Shown in pieces: positions 1 to 22,959 of a stretch of 64,000 bases of DNA. A program made the translations under genes and the position numbers. The notes beneath the pieces are model-generated. The model did not search any database and had not been told where the DNA came from. It saw nothing but the letters and a program-made list of their open reading frames with translations. The stretch comes from the human T2T-CHM13v2.0 reference genome, Homo sapiens. Location of the stretch: the NCBI RefSeq assembly GCF_009914755.1, contig NC_060925.1; one strand, 5' to 3'. The stretch's first letter is position 1; the number at the start of each line of letters is the position of its first letter.

Positions 1-4877
<4,877 letters not shown>

Positions 4878-5431
4878 GCTAATAGTTGCAAAGCAAGCAC
4901 ATTCATGCCCGATCTGCTTAATTATCACAACAGCCCTATGAGGAAGCCACCATTAGCCCCACAGAACAGATGAAGGAACTGAGCCCAGGAGTAGTTCGAT
5001 GATTATGCCTGAAGGACAGCTTGTGTGTCAGGGCCCTGAATTTTATTTACTATGTGTGGGTCACCTTTCTGAAGGCTCATAAACTTCCACGCATATGATC
5101 CTCATATCATCCCCATGAGATGTGTAATATCATCACCCCCATTTTATAGATGAAGAAACTGAGACTCTGAGCATTTACGTAACTTACCCAAGGCCACAGG
5201 GCTGGTGACAGTAGAGGTGGTTTTGAGCCAGGGCTGTCCAGGTACACCCTCTCAACCACTTTGTCATCCTTCCTCTGGATATTCTCTGGACACCTTGGCT
5301 TTAGCATGTGCAAGTAGGACGACACCCCCCTCACCAAGAGGTAGTAAGGATTAGATCTAATATATGTGTGTATCTGGATCACAGTAAATACCCAGGAAAA
5401 GAGGTCATCATTTTTGTTCCTCTCTGACAAT

Positions 5432-5460
5432 TGCAGCAACTGGCCGCCAGAGGGGAGTCA
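5432..5460 (+). promoter_or_regulatory. Candidate CTCF site with upstream module
   Basis: TGCAG-caac-TGGCCGCCAGAGGGGAGTCA resembles the CTCF core (TGGCCACCAGGGGGCGCTA), preceded by the TGCAG upstream motif at the usual spacing. Confidence 0.6.
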
Positions 5461-6520
5461 TGCACTGAAGACCTAAGCCCTTCCCAGGTGACTGGTTGAC
5501 CATTCAACGGTTAAGAATTGTGCTGGGCCCTTTTATCTCTGTGCCCAAATGTGGGATCAAGGACAGATCTCACCAGTACGGAACTACAAGGATCTTTTGA
5601 CTCTTGCAAAAGAAATACAGCTTAGGCCTTAAAACCCATCTAAGGCCCCTTTACCAACACCAATTCTAGGACTGGGAGGGTGGGGGAGATCCCTGTGGAG
5701 GGAGGCCCAGCTGTGTCCCATTTGGTGGTGGCAGTGCTGGGGGAGCAGCAATTATCAGTAATTCCTCTCCTGCTGGAGGCTGGGCTCCTGGAGCCACAGC
5801 TGCAAGGTGGGAGGTGGCAAGGAGGATTTTGGAATTGTCTCCCTAAGGGGTTTCCATGGTTACAGATGGATACAGGCAGCCCACTAGGCTGGGTCCTTTC
5901 TCCATATTGTCTCCTGGGGAGACAATGGGCTTTGGGGATGGGGCGGCATGCCACGCAGATCATTTCTAGAGCAGGGACCATGAGTGCCTGCTCTGTGAAC
6001 CCCTGGACCCCAGCTGCTGGGACAGAGGGAGTTGGGCACAGGGATCAGCCTTGGTAACCGACTGCTTGCTTTGGGGTACAACACTACTGCTACAGCAACT
6101 CAAGAGAGGCTGTCCGCTGAGCCACTCAAGCAAATCTGAGGCTCCAAAACAGCCAAACTGCAGAGGCCTCCAGGTATTTAAAAAGCATGCATTTTGGAGT
6201 CAGATAGTCATGTCATGATTCTGTCCCTTGCTAGCTGTGTGACTTGGGCAAGTTATTTTACCTTCCTGAGTCCCCGTGTCCTTATCGCGAAAGTGGGACA
6301 ACACCCACTTTATAAAATTGGTGTGAGGAAGCAATAAGCACAAAGCCTAGTGCCAAGAAAATGCTCAGAGAGTTCCTAAGCTCAGGTGGGTTGATGGGGT
6401 CCTGGGATGTGGGACTGGCTCTGTACCCACTCTGTGGCCTTAGACAAGGCCCTTCTTATTTCTGGGTCTCAGCTGCTCCATCTATGACTTGGAGACTTTG
6501 AAAGGCTTATAAAGGATGAA

Positions 6521-13755
<7,235 letters not shown>

Positions 13756-15019
13756 AGAAATGGCACAGGCATAGGAAACAAACCAGTATTCAGAAATAAC
13801 TTGGATCGGTGAGTGGGGAGGTTATTCTGGGGAGTCTGCCGTGCCTTGGGTACCCTCATTGCCACACAAGGCACATTTTTAGCCCCAAAGGGACCAACTG
13901 CCAGCTGGCCAGCGACCACCTCAACTCCGGGTAATGAGTTCCATATGTTTCCATAAGAGCCCAGCTAAGCTTTTCCCCAGCAGTTCTTACAGTGTTCTCT
14001 CCCTCCCTGCCTCATCTCGATGCTTGGCCACCCTTGTTCTATTTGCTCCTAACGAGGGTGGCAGGGAGGGGGCTAGGTGGGCAATGCCAAGAGACAATGC
14101 TTTGGGAAGTCACCCTTCCCTGACTTCATTTTTGCAGATCCTCAAGCTAAGAGGCAGTCTCTCGGCCTCTCCAGGCTTCCGCTGCCCCATCTCTATAGTG
14201 GGAAAAACAACCCTTACTCAGGGTAGGGAGAGCATCACGAAAAGAGCCCTGGATAGTAAAGTGGGAGGCTGGTGTTCCAATCCCGACGTGAACACTAACT
14301 TGCTGTGTGTCCCTGAGCAGGTTCCTGCCCCTCTCTGGGCTACATTTGTGACCTCTAAGGGCCCGCCCTTCCATCCCTGACAAGCTTCAGAATTACAACA
14401 AATGACTTAAACAGCAAGGAAGAACATCTGCTTTCCTGGGTGGCTTCAGGGTAGGGGTCCCCAGGAAGCCTAAGGCCTCCCTACCCTGGCCACCCTCACT
14501 CTAAGCCCAGGCTCCCTTTGACAAGTCTGGCCGGGTGAGAGCTTCTGCCTGCAGCATCGGGCACAAAGTAGAAGCAGGGTAGCAGTGAGGAGAGGCGTCC
14601 CCCGATGGAAGCACAGCTCCACAGCTCAGAAGGCGGAGGCGGGGGGGCGCCTATGGTCAGCCCCCAACGACGGCGAGAGGTGAATATGAGTTCAGGGGAC
14701 TTCAGAGAACTCCTCCCTCCTTAATCTGGTTTGTCAAAGGCAACCCCCAAAGTCCCGGTCTCAAGGTGTCTCACTACCCCGATCCCGACTGCCCACCGAC
14801 CCTACCCAAACACGGACTCACTAACCTTGGCTTTTGACACTGCCCACAGACGGACCCCCACAGCCTGACTACCCACATTTATCCCTAAAGCCTGCCCCAG
14901 GCTGGCGAAACCCCAAATCCGGCCACGCTCTGACCCCCGATCTCAGCCACAAAGAGACTCCGTGACCTTGCCACTGACTGACCCCTAAGAGGAGAACTAA
15001 TCAGAGAACAATTAAATTG

Positions 15020-15800
15020 CTCGACTCTCAGCGAAGCACCTCATGGAACAGAGGGGCGGAGGTGGGGAAGGACTTCGAGAGGGCAGAGGCTTCCCGGAGG
15101 AGCCCAGCGGGCCTGGGGCCACACTCGGAAGGCCGGGAAGGCCCTGTGCAGGGCACGTCGCAGGCGCTCGAGGAATGCGAGTTGCCTGAAAGAACGAAGG
15201 AAGGAAGGAACCGGGTGCGATCCAGGGCGGCCTCGCGGACGGGGCAGGAAGCGGGTGGGGGTGCGCAGAGGCTGCAGCGGCCCGAGCGCAGCTGGGGGCA
15301 GCGGGAGAGGAGTGGGGTCAGCGACTCCGCTGGGTGGGGGGCCCCCCAGGCCGCGAGGCTGGGAACCGGGAGGCCGCGCTGCTGGCAGAGCGGCGGGGGC
15401 GCCGCGAGGCTCCGGATGGGCTGCGAGCCCCGCCCGCAGGCTGCGGAGGGAGCCGGAGCCAGAGCGGAGCCAGAGCTCAGACATCCGGGCGCCAGCGAAC
15501 ACCTGCGAGCGGCCCCCAGGGCCCGCGGGGGGAGCGTGGGGCGCCGGGAGGGGCGGGGCGGGGAGGAGGCGGGGCCGGCTCGGCTCCGCCCTGCCGGGCT
15601 CCAGGCCACGTGGGCCGAGGCTCTGCCCCAGCCCGGGCGCCGCAGCGCCGCCGGTGGGGAGCGGCTGTCTCCGGGGAGGTCTGGGAGTGGGCAGAGTGGA
15701 GCCCTTGGAAGCAGCGCTGCGGGAAAGAGCGCGGCAGGAGGTTCTCAGGTTTAGCCTGGGGCATGGGGAAGAGTCGTGGCCACGAGGGGTGATGAGGCCG
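15020..15800. promoter_or_regulatory. Gene-less CpG island ~2.7 kb downstream of the ID3 poly(A) site
   Basis: Very high GC/CpG. GC boxes 15546-15574, CACGTG 15607-15612, GCGGGAAA 15719-15726, CAGAC-N5-GGCGCC 15478-15493. No credible CDS. Confidence 0.8.
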
Positions 15801-18186
15801 GGAAGACAGATAATTGAAGGTTGTCCGGCGCGTCCACAGCTAGAGAGCTATAACTGGCTTTCTGAAAAGGGCACCATTTCTGGTGTCACAGACATGAATT
15901 TGAATTCTGGCTTTGTTACTTAGAAGCCGTGTGGCCACCGGCAAGTTACTTCGCCTGTTCTGAGCTAGTTCATTTATAAAATAAAGACACCTCCCAAATG
16001 TCTGTATTTCACAGCCGATGCGATCAGCTCTGAATCCGATCGCATGCGACAATTTGCACAAGACACTCAGCAGTGAATCTTGTAGTTAAGGAAGCCTCGT
16101 GGATACTTTATGCGCCTTATAGTTTATCCGAACAACACACATGGAAGGGAGGTACCGACATCCCCCTTTCACAGATGAGGGGGAGTCCTAGGTCTTTCAT
16201 TCCACAAGCGCTCCCTGGGACAAGCACCCCCTGGGGACCAAGCATGTGCCAGGCTTTGGGAATGGCGAGGGAAAAGAGCCAATTTGAAGAGAAGGCAAGA
16301 ACATGAGCTTTGAAGCTAGAGGAAGCTGGGGTTCCTAAACTCTGCTCTGCTACTTTCTTGCTGTGTGAACTGTTTCTTGCTGTGTGCCACTTTCTTGCTG
16401 GGTGATCAAGTTATTCAGCCTGAGTCTTTTTTCTATAAACCAAGGAATGTTACCCATCACGGTGGTTTGTGAGGATTAGAACAAAAATGGAAGATAAAAT
16501 AGTCTGGAACCTGGCAGGCACTTCCATAGGTGATTATGACAGAAGACACTATCCTCTCTGGGAGTTATCTGACCTAGGGCCAAATTGCTTTCACTCTCTA
16601 ATGACTAATGGATTGGCATGCTGGTCTTTCTTTTGTCCTGGCCACCTGAACAACTCAGTCCTGGGAGTCCTGACAGGCAATTTCCTTGGAATTAGCTTAA
16701 TAATACCTCGTAGGTGTGTGATGCATTTCAAAGAACTTTCCCACCATTATCTTCTGTCCTGGGAGGCAGCAGGGCACAGAAGGAGCATGGCTCAGAGAGG
16801 TGGAATGCTTGCTCAAGGTCACTCGGCAGATGACCACCGCAGCCCTTTTTAGCCTTCCACGGTACTGAAACTTCCGAGCAAACGGGAGGCAACATGCTGT
16901 GGCAGAAAAGGGTATAAGACGTTGAGCTCAATGCCTGGCTCTACTGCAGTTCATGGTGTAATGTGGGGCCTAGGACCTCAGAACCGCTGCCTTAGAATCA
17001 GCTTCCTTTACAGATGCAGAAACTGGGGCTCAAGAGAGGCAAAGTCCCTAGCCTGAAGTTATACAGGTAAGAGGTGACAGAGCAGGGATTTATGTCCCTT
17101 TATGGTCGTCTCTAAAGCCAGCACAGCACACCTAAAAAACAATCCAAGATAGACCCAACCCAGGCCTTGTAGGTGGTTTGGGGCAAGGGTTCCTCACATG
17201 AGGATTGAAGTCTGCTATTGCTCTGCACTGTGTGTGTATTTTTTTAAGAGAGTGTTCATATCTTCCTTCAGATCAGAGTGACCAGGACACAGAACAGGTT
17301 AAGAACCACTGATCAGGCTGGGAGTTTGGTTGGCAATGCCAGAGGTTCTCCTCCTCCCCCATGCCCCTGTTCACCCCAGCAAGCTCACCAGGGTTAAGGC
17401 ACTAAAGGTGATGACGTGACCTGTTTGTTATGAAATATTGAAGTAATTCATGCCAGGGACCAACACACAGATGAGATCATACCATAAACAGGAATCTCTA
17501 GTAAGGCCAGGCACCTGGTGAAGCCCACCTGGGGAGCCACCAGGGGTGTGGGGGAAGGCATGGGTTGGGATCTTGCTCTCTGCCCCACTGCCAGGCCTGG
17601 CCTCAAGGAATGGCCAGTCCCCAGCCCTGCTCCTGTTCACCACAATCAAGTCACGGTTCAAATCCCATCTCTACCTCTCAAAGGCTGTGAAAACCTGGTT
17701 CAGAAGCATTACCCACAGAGGTTCCCTTTCCCCATTTCTGAAATAGGGATAGGGATGCTTACAGAATAGGTTCCCAATGGAGGTGATGTAGAAATACCAG
17801 CAGAAATGAGGACTGTGGAGTCTCTGCCTCACATTCCTTGTTCAGGGTCGGACTCCACAACCACCTAGCATTAAAGAAGGGATTACTATCAGTACTTCCC
17901 AACCAGCATCCAAATCTTTATCCATTTCAGGAGACCTCCCTCTTTTTTCCAACTTTGGAAGCCCGCAAGGAAGCCAGCCCAGAGAGCAAGAAGGAAATGA
18001 AACCAGGCCCAGTTATCAGTTTATTCATTTTTGGAATTGGTCTATCAACCACCACCCATGCCTGGGCACCAGGTGAAGCAAACTTGAGGCTCTCCTCTTA
18101 CCACATCCCCTGCTAGAAAGGCATAGTCAATAGTAACAATAAAGAGGAAAGCTACTGCTAGATCTCAAGGGACATGAAAACTCAGT

Positions 18187-18234
18187 TTTCAAGTTGCCTG
18201 AGCCACCAACTTTCAAGTTGCCTGAGCCACCAAC
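18187..18234. repeat. Perfect 24-bp tandem duplication
   Basis: TTTCAAGTTGCCTGAGCCACCAAC x2 (18187-18210, 18211-18234). Confidence 0.97.
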
Positions 18235-18489
18235 TTGCTGGGCAAGCTTGCACCAGTCTCTGGTTTCATCTCTGAAATAATGAGGCAGAGCCCAGAACTT
18301 TTCTCTGCACCCATCCCTCAATGGACATGAGACTCCCATCATGAACCCTTCTCTCTCCACCCCATCCCCTCTCAACCAGGCAGTTTTTCATTTCCCTCTC
18401 GTAGAATAAGGAAGTTCACTTTCCCAAAGCTCCCAAAATTCGGCCATGTGCGAGAAAGCATCATTAGTACTTAATGGAGACGGGTGTCA

Positions 18490-18521
18490 TCATATACACA
18501 AGTGTTTAAAAATCGTTTATT
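18490..18521 (-). terminator. ID3: ID3 polyadenylation signal and downstream GU-rich element
   Basis: AATAAA on the minus strand at 18521-18516, a CA cleavage context ~15-20 nt later, then TTGTGTATATG. Confidence 0.9.
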
Positions 18522-18984
18522 ATGCAAAATGTTAACTTTTATAAAAAGTTTAATATACATCGCATTGTTACAGAAAGTCACCTTCCTGTAAAAAAGGTAC
18601 AAAACCTATATACTCTATTATAGAGTTCATAAATCAGGGCAACAGAACCTTTCTCCAAGGAGACCAGAAGACCAGCTCTGCCGCCGCCTTGGCATAGTTT
18701 GGAGAGCAGCCACTCCTTCCACACCTCCACGCTCTGAAAAGACCTTAGAACTTGGGGGTGGGGTGGGAGCAGGGTGACGTCGCCCAGCTGGTGGCCAGAG
18801 CTAGCTCTGGCTCTTCAGGCCACAAGTTCACAGTCCTTCGCTCCTGAGCACCAGGTTTAGTCTCCAGGAAGGGATTTGGTGAAGTCAAGTGGGCAGGGCG
18901 AAGTTGGGGCCCATCCCTGCCGTCCGGCTTCCGGCAGGAGAGGTTCCCGGGGTCCCAGGCAGAACGGGCGCCAGCACCTGCGTT
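18500..18984 (-). other. ID3: ID3 exon 3 (entirely 3' UTR)
   Basis: Acceptor ...ttctttcctcccccgcccAG|AACGCAGG at 18985/18984 after the 519-bp intron 2 (18985-19503). AU-rich distal part. 3' end is approximate. Confidence 0.9.
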
Positions 18985-19039
18985 CTGGGCGGGGGAGGAA
19001 AGAAGACCAAGGAGCAGTCAGTTTCCGCCGAGCGTGCCG

Positions 19040-19145
19040 AGGCGGGGGCCGTCCGCAGACTGGCCGGCGCCAGGGAGGAAACTTGGTCTGTACCTCCAGC
19101 TGATAACTCCGCGCCCCACGCTGCCCCCACCCAGTTGGCGCCAAA
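19040..19145. promoter_or_regulatory. ID3 intron 2 BMP-responsive enhancer
   Basis: CAGAC-tggcc-GGCGCC at 19056-19071, a second GGCGCC at 19137-19142, and E-box/GATA CAGCTGATAA at 19097-19106. An intronic ID3 BMP enhancer is established. Confidence 0.75.
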
Positions 19146-19512
19146 GACCACAGGCGGAGCTTGCGCTACCCCTCCTACTTGGAATTGACACTAGCTGGGA
19201 GGGGGCTGCCGAAGACAGCTCCCTATACAACATGGAACAGAAAGACTTGTATTTAGTCGGACCCATGTCTACTTTGCCAGACCCTCGGCCACTGCGGGAG
19301 GGCAGGGCCCAGGCGCATTTAAGGCTTAAATGCACATCACATGGAAACTGACTCTGCCATTCATTTGATGCAACCATGGGCAAGTCACTTGTCCCTCTCT
19401 GGCCTCAGTTTCCCTAAACCGAGTGAGTGGCAATTTTTCAAAACGTCTGCCAACTCCAGGACTTGCCGTTTAAACCTCCCTCTCCAAGAGAGGAGATACT
19501 CACCTGGAGGTG

Positions 19513-19995
19513 TCAGGACACGGCCGAGTCAGTGGCAAAAGCTCCTTTTGTCGTTGGAGATGACAAGTTCCGGAGCGAGCTCGGCTGTCTGATTAGAGGA
19601 AAAGAGGGAAGAGTTACGCGAGGCAATCGGGAGCTCCGAGGGTCCCGCAGCATCCTTGCCTGGGTGTTCAGCCCTGTCCCGACTTCGAGGCTTACCTGGA
19701 TGGGAAGGTGGGGGCCATCAGGGGGTCCAGGGGCTGGCTCGGCCAGGACTACCTGCAGGTCGAGAATGTAGTCGATGACGCGCTGTAGGATTTCCACCTG
19801 GCTAAGCTGAGTGCCTCTCGGGACTCCGGGTACCAGTTCCCGCAGGCGGGAGTAGCAGTGGTTCATGTCGTCCAGCAAGCTCAGCGGCTCCTCAGCTGCC
19901 GGGCCCTTCCCTCGGCCCCGGGCGATGGCCAGACTGCGTTCCGACAGGCAGCACACCGCCTCGTAGCAGCCGCGCACCGGGCTCAGCGCCTTCAT
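19513..19995 (-). CDS. ID3: Id3L: 160-aa isoform from retention of the 107-bp intron 1 (19589-19695)
   Basis: The ORF reads through intron 1 without a stop and ends at TGA 19515-19513 (483 nt = 160 aa + stop; see the 19513..20094 ORF from MKALSP onward). Matches the known intron-retained long ID3 isoform. Confidence 0.8.
   Translation of the reverse strand: MKALSPVRGCYEAVCCLSERSLAIARGRGKGPAAEEPLSLLDDMNHCYSRLRELVPGVPRGTQLSQVEILQRVIDYILDLQVVLAEPAPGPPDGPHLPIQVSLEVGTGLNTQARMLRDPRSSRLPRVTLPSFPLIRQPSSLRNLSSPTTKGAFATDSAVS
19529..19588 (-). CDS. ID3: ID3 coding part of exon 2 (codons 101-119 [19 protein letters not shown] + TGA)
   Basis: Acceptor ...cttccctcttttcctctaatcAG|ACA at 19589/19588; stop TGA at 19531-19529; gives the 119-aa ID3. 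Exon 2 continues as UTR to the donor CAG|GTGAGT at 19504/19503. Confidence 0.98.
   Translation of the reverse strand, partial: TAELAPELVISNDKRSFCH
19696..19995 (-). CDS. ID3: ID3 coding exon 1 (codons 1-100: CDK2 site Ser5, HLH domain ~aa 41-81)
   Basis: ATG at 19995 in context cccagcATGa translates [100 protein letters not shown], the human ID3 sequence. Exactly 300 nt, ending at the donor CAG|GTAAG (19696/19695). Confidence 0.99.
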
Positions 19996-20059
19996 GCTGG
20001 GGAGTGAGTCCAGAGGTGCCCCAAAGAGAAAGAAAACCAAAAGAAGTCCCGCTACAGTG

Positions 20060-20225
20060 ACCTGCAACGCGCGCACGCTCGCCGCGGCGGTCACTTATAG
20101 AGCCTGCCTGGAAGGCACGCCTCTTTATTCAAAATGGCCCGCCTCGGCCCCGCCCCCGCCGGCCCTGGGCGTTCACAGCCCGCTTAAATTGCAAACAGGC
20201 TTCCTCCGGCTGGTCTGACGCCGAA
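20060..20225 (-). promoter_or_regulatory. ID3: ID3 core/proximal promoter (TATA, GC/EGR1 boxes)
   Basis: TATAAG at 20099-20094 (minus), implying a TSS near 20065. GCGGGGGCG (EGR1/SP) at 20159-20151; GGCGTCAGAC at 20222-20213. CpG-rich. Confidence 0.8.
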
Positions 20226-22959
20226 GACCGCGGAGCCGCGGATTCAAAGAATGAGGAAGCGCTGATACCGGGGAGAGGCGGGCCTCTCCGCCAGCAAGGA
20301 TTTAAAAATCACTCAAAACCATTAACTTCCAGAATTTGCTTTTTCCTGGCAGCACCCCAGATCTTTGAGCTTCCCTGCCCCCTGCCAGTCCGCCTTTAGC
20401 CCAACACTGGTTCGAGCCCACAGCTCCTCCGAGGTCATAAATCCCTGAACAGCAAAGAAGCTCCCCCCACCCCCCGTTTTTTTTAAGCGAAAGATTTTTC
20501 AAGGGAAACTTGTAAGGAATTAGTGCCGCCTTGTTCCCCAATTTGCTGTTCGTCTGACCTCCAGACTCACTGGCGTCAGGAATTATCTTGTGACCAGAGG
20601 GAAAAAAAATTAATTGCGGTGAAGCTGAGGTTACAATGAAGAAAACAGATTTGCGCTAGGCGCTGAGATTGCAGAAGGAGGAGGGAAAGGGGGTTTGAGC
20701 AAAGAACACTATTTATTTGAGCAACAGGGGAAAAGAAGAAAGCTTGAGCCCATGCTTTTTGCATGGGGAAAAAAGGAGCCTGGACCCTCTGCCCCATAAA
20801 CTCCATAACGAACTAAATATATGCACAGTTGTGCTTTGTGAGTTCAATTAGAATTTTGGACAAGGTTTTAAATATGGAGGCACAGATGGGACAATTTCTA
20901 CATAAACCTTTTTAAGAGCCCCCCCCCACCCAATTGGGTCAGCAAATTTCTTAACTTCCCCTCTCTTCACTTTCCACACACCTCTGTGTAGAAAACAGTG
21001 GTAATTTCATTGCGCTATTGTCTGTCCCTTTCTGCTATGGAAGGGCAGGCCACCTGGACTTGATTATTCTTAGCCCTGCTGAAGTAGCTCCAGCTCCATC
21101 TGAAAGACCAGGAAAGGAACCAGAGGGCCGGCAAACTAAGTCCTGTATTGCAACAGGACACTGTGCTCAGTATTCTTTGATTCTTTGCTTGCCTTCTTGT
21201 CACCTCCCTAGACATTTGGGGACCTGCACTTCCAAGATGCTGCTTTCCATTTTGGAAATGACCAAGTGGGATTCCCCCAATAGTTGCTTTCCTAATGAAT
21301 CATTGGTGAATATTTATGGAGTCCCTCCGCATAAAACAGTGGCTCCTGCTTTCAAGAATCTCACAATTTGGGGAGACAAGATTAACACAGGAAACAAGAG
21401 TTCGATAATGTGTGGCACTGATTAACAGGACAAGGGGGGCTCAGAGCCAAAGAGAGTCGCAAAACGGTTGAAAAGGACACTGACTGGGAATTGAGAGCCC
21501 TGGGTTCATCATGCTAGCCCTGACAATAATTTGTCATGTAATCTTGAACAAGCCCAGGTACTCTGGCTTTAATTGCCTTGTGAGTAAAATAGACGATGGT
21601 ACTAAGTGATTATTTAAAATCCTTTCCAATTGTAGAAGTCCAAGGTTGTGTGAAATTTGGATATGTAGGTGAAAGATGCTGAGGGGCCCAAGGAAGGCAT
21701 TTAAGACATGCCCAATGTCACACTACAAGTAATAGCAGAGCCAGTCTTGAAGCCTCGTTCTTTTCCATCAAACCACAGGGCTCTGTGGCCCAAGAAAGAT
21801 TTCTTCCTGGAATGTTTTTTTCAAGGACAGGCTCTTCAGTAAGAAAAGAGGAAGAAAACCTGTGAGTGGGCAAGTCAGTCTTTACATGCTACAGCCGTCA
21901 AGTGCCAGCTATTTGGTCAGGAAAGGCAAAATAATGGCTGTAGGAACTCCTGAATAACCAAAGAGAAGATCCTTCTTTTCCTATCTTGCAGACTTCTGTG
22001 GCAAAACGGTCAAGTCCAGAGGGTTCTAGAAAAATCACGGGCCAGGCAGATTTCTGTGCAAATGCCCATTCTTCTTCTTCTTCTTCTTTTTTTGTTTAAA
22101 CTAATTGTGTAGACTTTGGCTGAGTTATCCTGGGTGCTTCTATTTTCCCATCTATAAAATGGAACTAATTGGGTCTACTCATTCATTCATTCGATAATTA
22201 TTGAATGCCTCTTCTCTGCAAAGCACTTGATGTGTTCACTCCATCTGATCTTAGTCTTCTTACTGCCTGGGGGACCCAGCATGGGCCAGTTGTGTGGAAG
22301 GTGCTCAGTCTACCCAGATTCTCCTCCCTTCTTTTCCTTCCTCTACTACTGCAGCTGATGCCTCAGGCTTGTATAGTGATTTAGGTTTGCAAAGCACCTT
22401 CGCATTTATTATTTCCCAGGATGCTTCCAGGCTGAAATGCCCATGGGCTGTGTGACATAAGGCAGAAGGATGCTGTGGAATTAGCAAGCAAAATTCTGTT
22501 CTGTGCATGCCAATAATTTGCAGTGTGCCCTTGGACGAATTTCCTCCCTTCCTGGGCTTCATTTTCTCTTTAAAAAAAAAAAAAAAGATAGTGGGTAGGA
22601 GGAGGTTGGGAGGAAGCAAGTGCCCTTTAATGGTCCTCTCTAGCCTAAGATTCTAATTCTGAAAGAAGCAGGTTATGGTTAGGAACACTGAATAGTGTTT
22701 AAACCCAAGAGACTTCTTTTTCCCCACAGCAGACTGGACAGGCTAGCTCAGGCCTTCTGCAACTTGTTTAGCAGTGGTGGGGCCTCAGCCTCTTATTCCA
22801 AATGCCTCTGAACTTTCTGTTCCCAGTTCTGCTCCTTTTACCAGCTTTTTCCCCCCTCTTGCATTTTTTATTTTTATGAAAGGATGTCATTAAGGCTTTT
22901 GTCTGCGCTGTTTTTGTTTCAGAACTTTTCTCACAATCCTATTTTTTGTTGAGGAATCC

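Larger units (their letters stand above)
18880..20300. promoter_or_regulatory. CpG island spanning the ID3 promoter and gene body
   Basis: High GC and frequent CpG dinucleotides through the promoter, exon 1 and intron 2. Confidence 0.75.

Noticed and set aside
15017-15923. Long overlapping ORFs (245, 222, 193 aa) on both strands
   Set aside because: Low-complexity Gly/Arg/Ala/Pro translations open in several frames because stops are rare in a CpG island; no recognisable domain.
16354-16405. Three copies of TTTCTTGCTG(T/G)GTG with short spacers, superficially CRISPR-like
   Set aside because: Too short, with spacers of only 4-5 nt, inside a MIR in a human locus; slippage duplication.
19513-20094. 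193-aa ORF as the ID3 product
   Set aside because: Its GTG start overlaps the TATA box and it reads through intron 1. The real start is ATG 19995, with splicing to a 119-aa protein.
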